Source: Pristiophorus japonicus (taxonomy: Eukaryota). From it: a stretch of 64,000 bases of DNA. Positions within the stretch are counted from its first letter, which is position 1. Every line of letters starts with the position of its first letter. A model generated the notes under the pieces. It was not told where the DNA came from and ran no database searches. It worked only from the letters and a program-made list of their open reading frames with translations. Made by a program: the position numbers and the translations under genes. The stretch lies in NCBI RefSeq assembly GCF_044704955.1, contig NC_091978.1, forward strand, positions 112,840,001 through 112,904,000, read 5' to 3'. This document shows, one piece after another, positions 62,468 through 64,000 of the stretch.

Positions 62468-63120
62468 GGGTGCCGAAATTGCTCCTTTCTATAAGGTCGT
62501 AGGTCGGTAAGCACTCACCGCTCGGTCTGTGTTGAGGTGCCGCCATTTTGAAAATTGCCCTCGTGGATTTTCCCGCTGTAAAACGTCTCCGCTCTGCCCA
62601 TATTGCCGCCCTGTCAACCCCTTACTGACCGGCGGCGACCCCCTTTCTGCCCCGTGTGGGAAATTGCCCCACGGGAGTGGATCGGCCGCCGCTCGGTGCC
62701 CCAGACAGCTTTCCCCAGCGGGAAGCTTCTTGTGGCTGGACTGCACGTCTGCCCTTAAAGGTGAGGGCTCACTGCCATGGCTGCCATTTTCTTTTAATTG
62801 TCAGCCGTGCCGCTAATAGGCAGCTCAGCACCCCCTCTTGGGTACCGGGCCACTGGCCCGCACGAAACCCTCCCTTGGCCCAGTATTTGCCACTAAAGTG
62901 GCTGCAGAGTTCACAACAGCTCTCCCCTTTAACTGAAGGGGAGGGACTCACTTTCACTTTCATCAGTTTGTGTTACACTTCTGCTGTTTCTCACCTCTCA
63001 CAAAAATTATTATTTAGCATAGTACAGTGTTCAAGAGAAGTTGCTCTCCTTTAATCCTTTTTCGGCCGACAATTACAAAAAAAATGGCGGCCACGGCAAT
63101 GCATCCTCACCTTTAAGGGC
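62468..63120. mobile_element. GC-rich Harbinger-type MITE fragment
   Basis: Starts GGGTGCCGAAATTGC, similar to the other TIRs, with a CpG-rich body. No matching right TIR was found. Confidence 0.4.
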
Positions 63121-63289
63121 AGACGTGTCAGCAAAATAAATGGGTCAGGATGGTGGGGGCCCGATGGCTAGAGGTCCCCCACTTGCCACTTCTAATGGAA
63201 GCTTCACCAATGAGGGAAATTATGTGCAGAATGTTAACTTGACTATATCATAAAACTGATATTTGGAAATGGAAAATAATGATTTGAAT

Positions 63290-64000
63290 TTTCTTTTTTT
63301 TAATTCATTCATGGAATGTCACCATTGGTGGCAAGGCCAGCATTTATTGCCCATTGATAATTGCCCGTGAGAAGGTGAGCAGTCCCTGTGGTGAAGATAC
63401 TCCCACAGTGCTGTTAGGGAGGGAGTTCCAGGACTTTGACCCAGCGATGATGAAGGAACAGCGATACATTTACAAGTCAGGATGGTGTGTGACTTGGAGG
63501 GGAACTTGGAGGTGATGGTGTTCCCATGCACCTGCTGCACTTGTCCTTCTAGGTGGTAGTGGTTGTGAGTTTGGGAGGTATTGCTGAAGGTGCCTTTATG
63601 AGTTGCTCCAGGGCATTTTGTGGATGGTACACACTGCAGCCATGGTGCGCTGGTGGTGGAGGGAGTGAATGCTTAAGGTGTTGGATGGGGTGCCAATCAA
63701 ACAGGTTCCATTGTCCTGGATGTCGTCGAGTTTCTTGAGTGTTGTTGGAGCTCCACACATCCAGGTAACAAGCAAATGAGGAGTATTCCATCACACTCCT
63801 GACTTGTGCCTTGTAGATGGTGGAAAGGCTTTAGGGAATCAGGAGGTGAGACAGTCGCCGCAGAATACCCGGCTTCTGACCTGTTCTTATTAGTCACAGT
63901 ATTTATGTGGCTGGTCCAGTTAAGTTTCTGGTCAAAAGTGATCCCCACGATGTTGATAGTGGGGGATTCGATGAAAGTAATACCATTGAATGTCAGTGGG
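63290..64000 (-). mobile_element. CR1/L2-group LINE 3' part (second lineage), runs off the window
   Basis: GITFDQKLNWTSHIN, IYKAQVRSVMEYS and SLHHQRT. 3' UTR with AATAAA and an A-rich end, shared with 38135-38363. Confidence 0.85.

Overview
Eukaryotic DNA, most likely from a cartilaginous fish (inferred from the repeat families), not prokaryotic. The backbone is the middle of an integrin alpha-1-like gene (ITGA1, + strand). I located eight coding exons by eye (8794-8930, 10352-10462, 20795-20880, 21937-22072, 56649-56729, 58527-58603, 60948-61037, 61842-61944). They splice in phase into 821 nt with no stop codon, covering the thigh, genu, calf-1 and start of calf-2. None is called in the ORF track, and the first uses a GC donor. 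The introns, one of 34.6 kb, are filled with nested transposons: two Gypsy LTR elements, many CR1 LINEs (two full-length with TATA-monomer 5' UTRs), RTE LINEs, a Tx1 LINE with a perfect 14-bp TSD inside a CR1, PIF/Harbinger remnants and MITEs, tRNA-derived SINEs, and Penelope-type hammerhead remnants. I cannot demonstrate a new biological system from this window. The best leads are a possibly CR1-targeting Tx1 element, the modular CR1 promoters, the hammerhead cores, and inverted repeats bracketing exons. Family names come from recalled motifs, not database searches, and most repeat boundaries are approximate.
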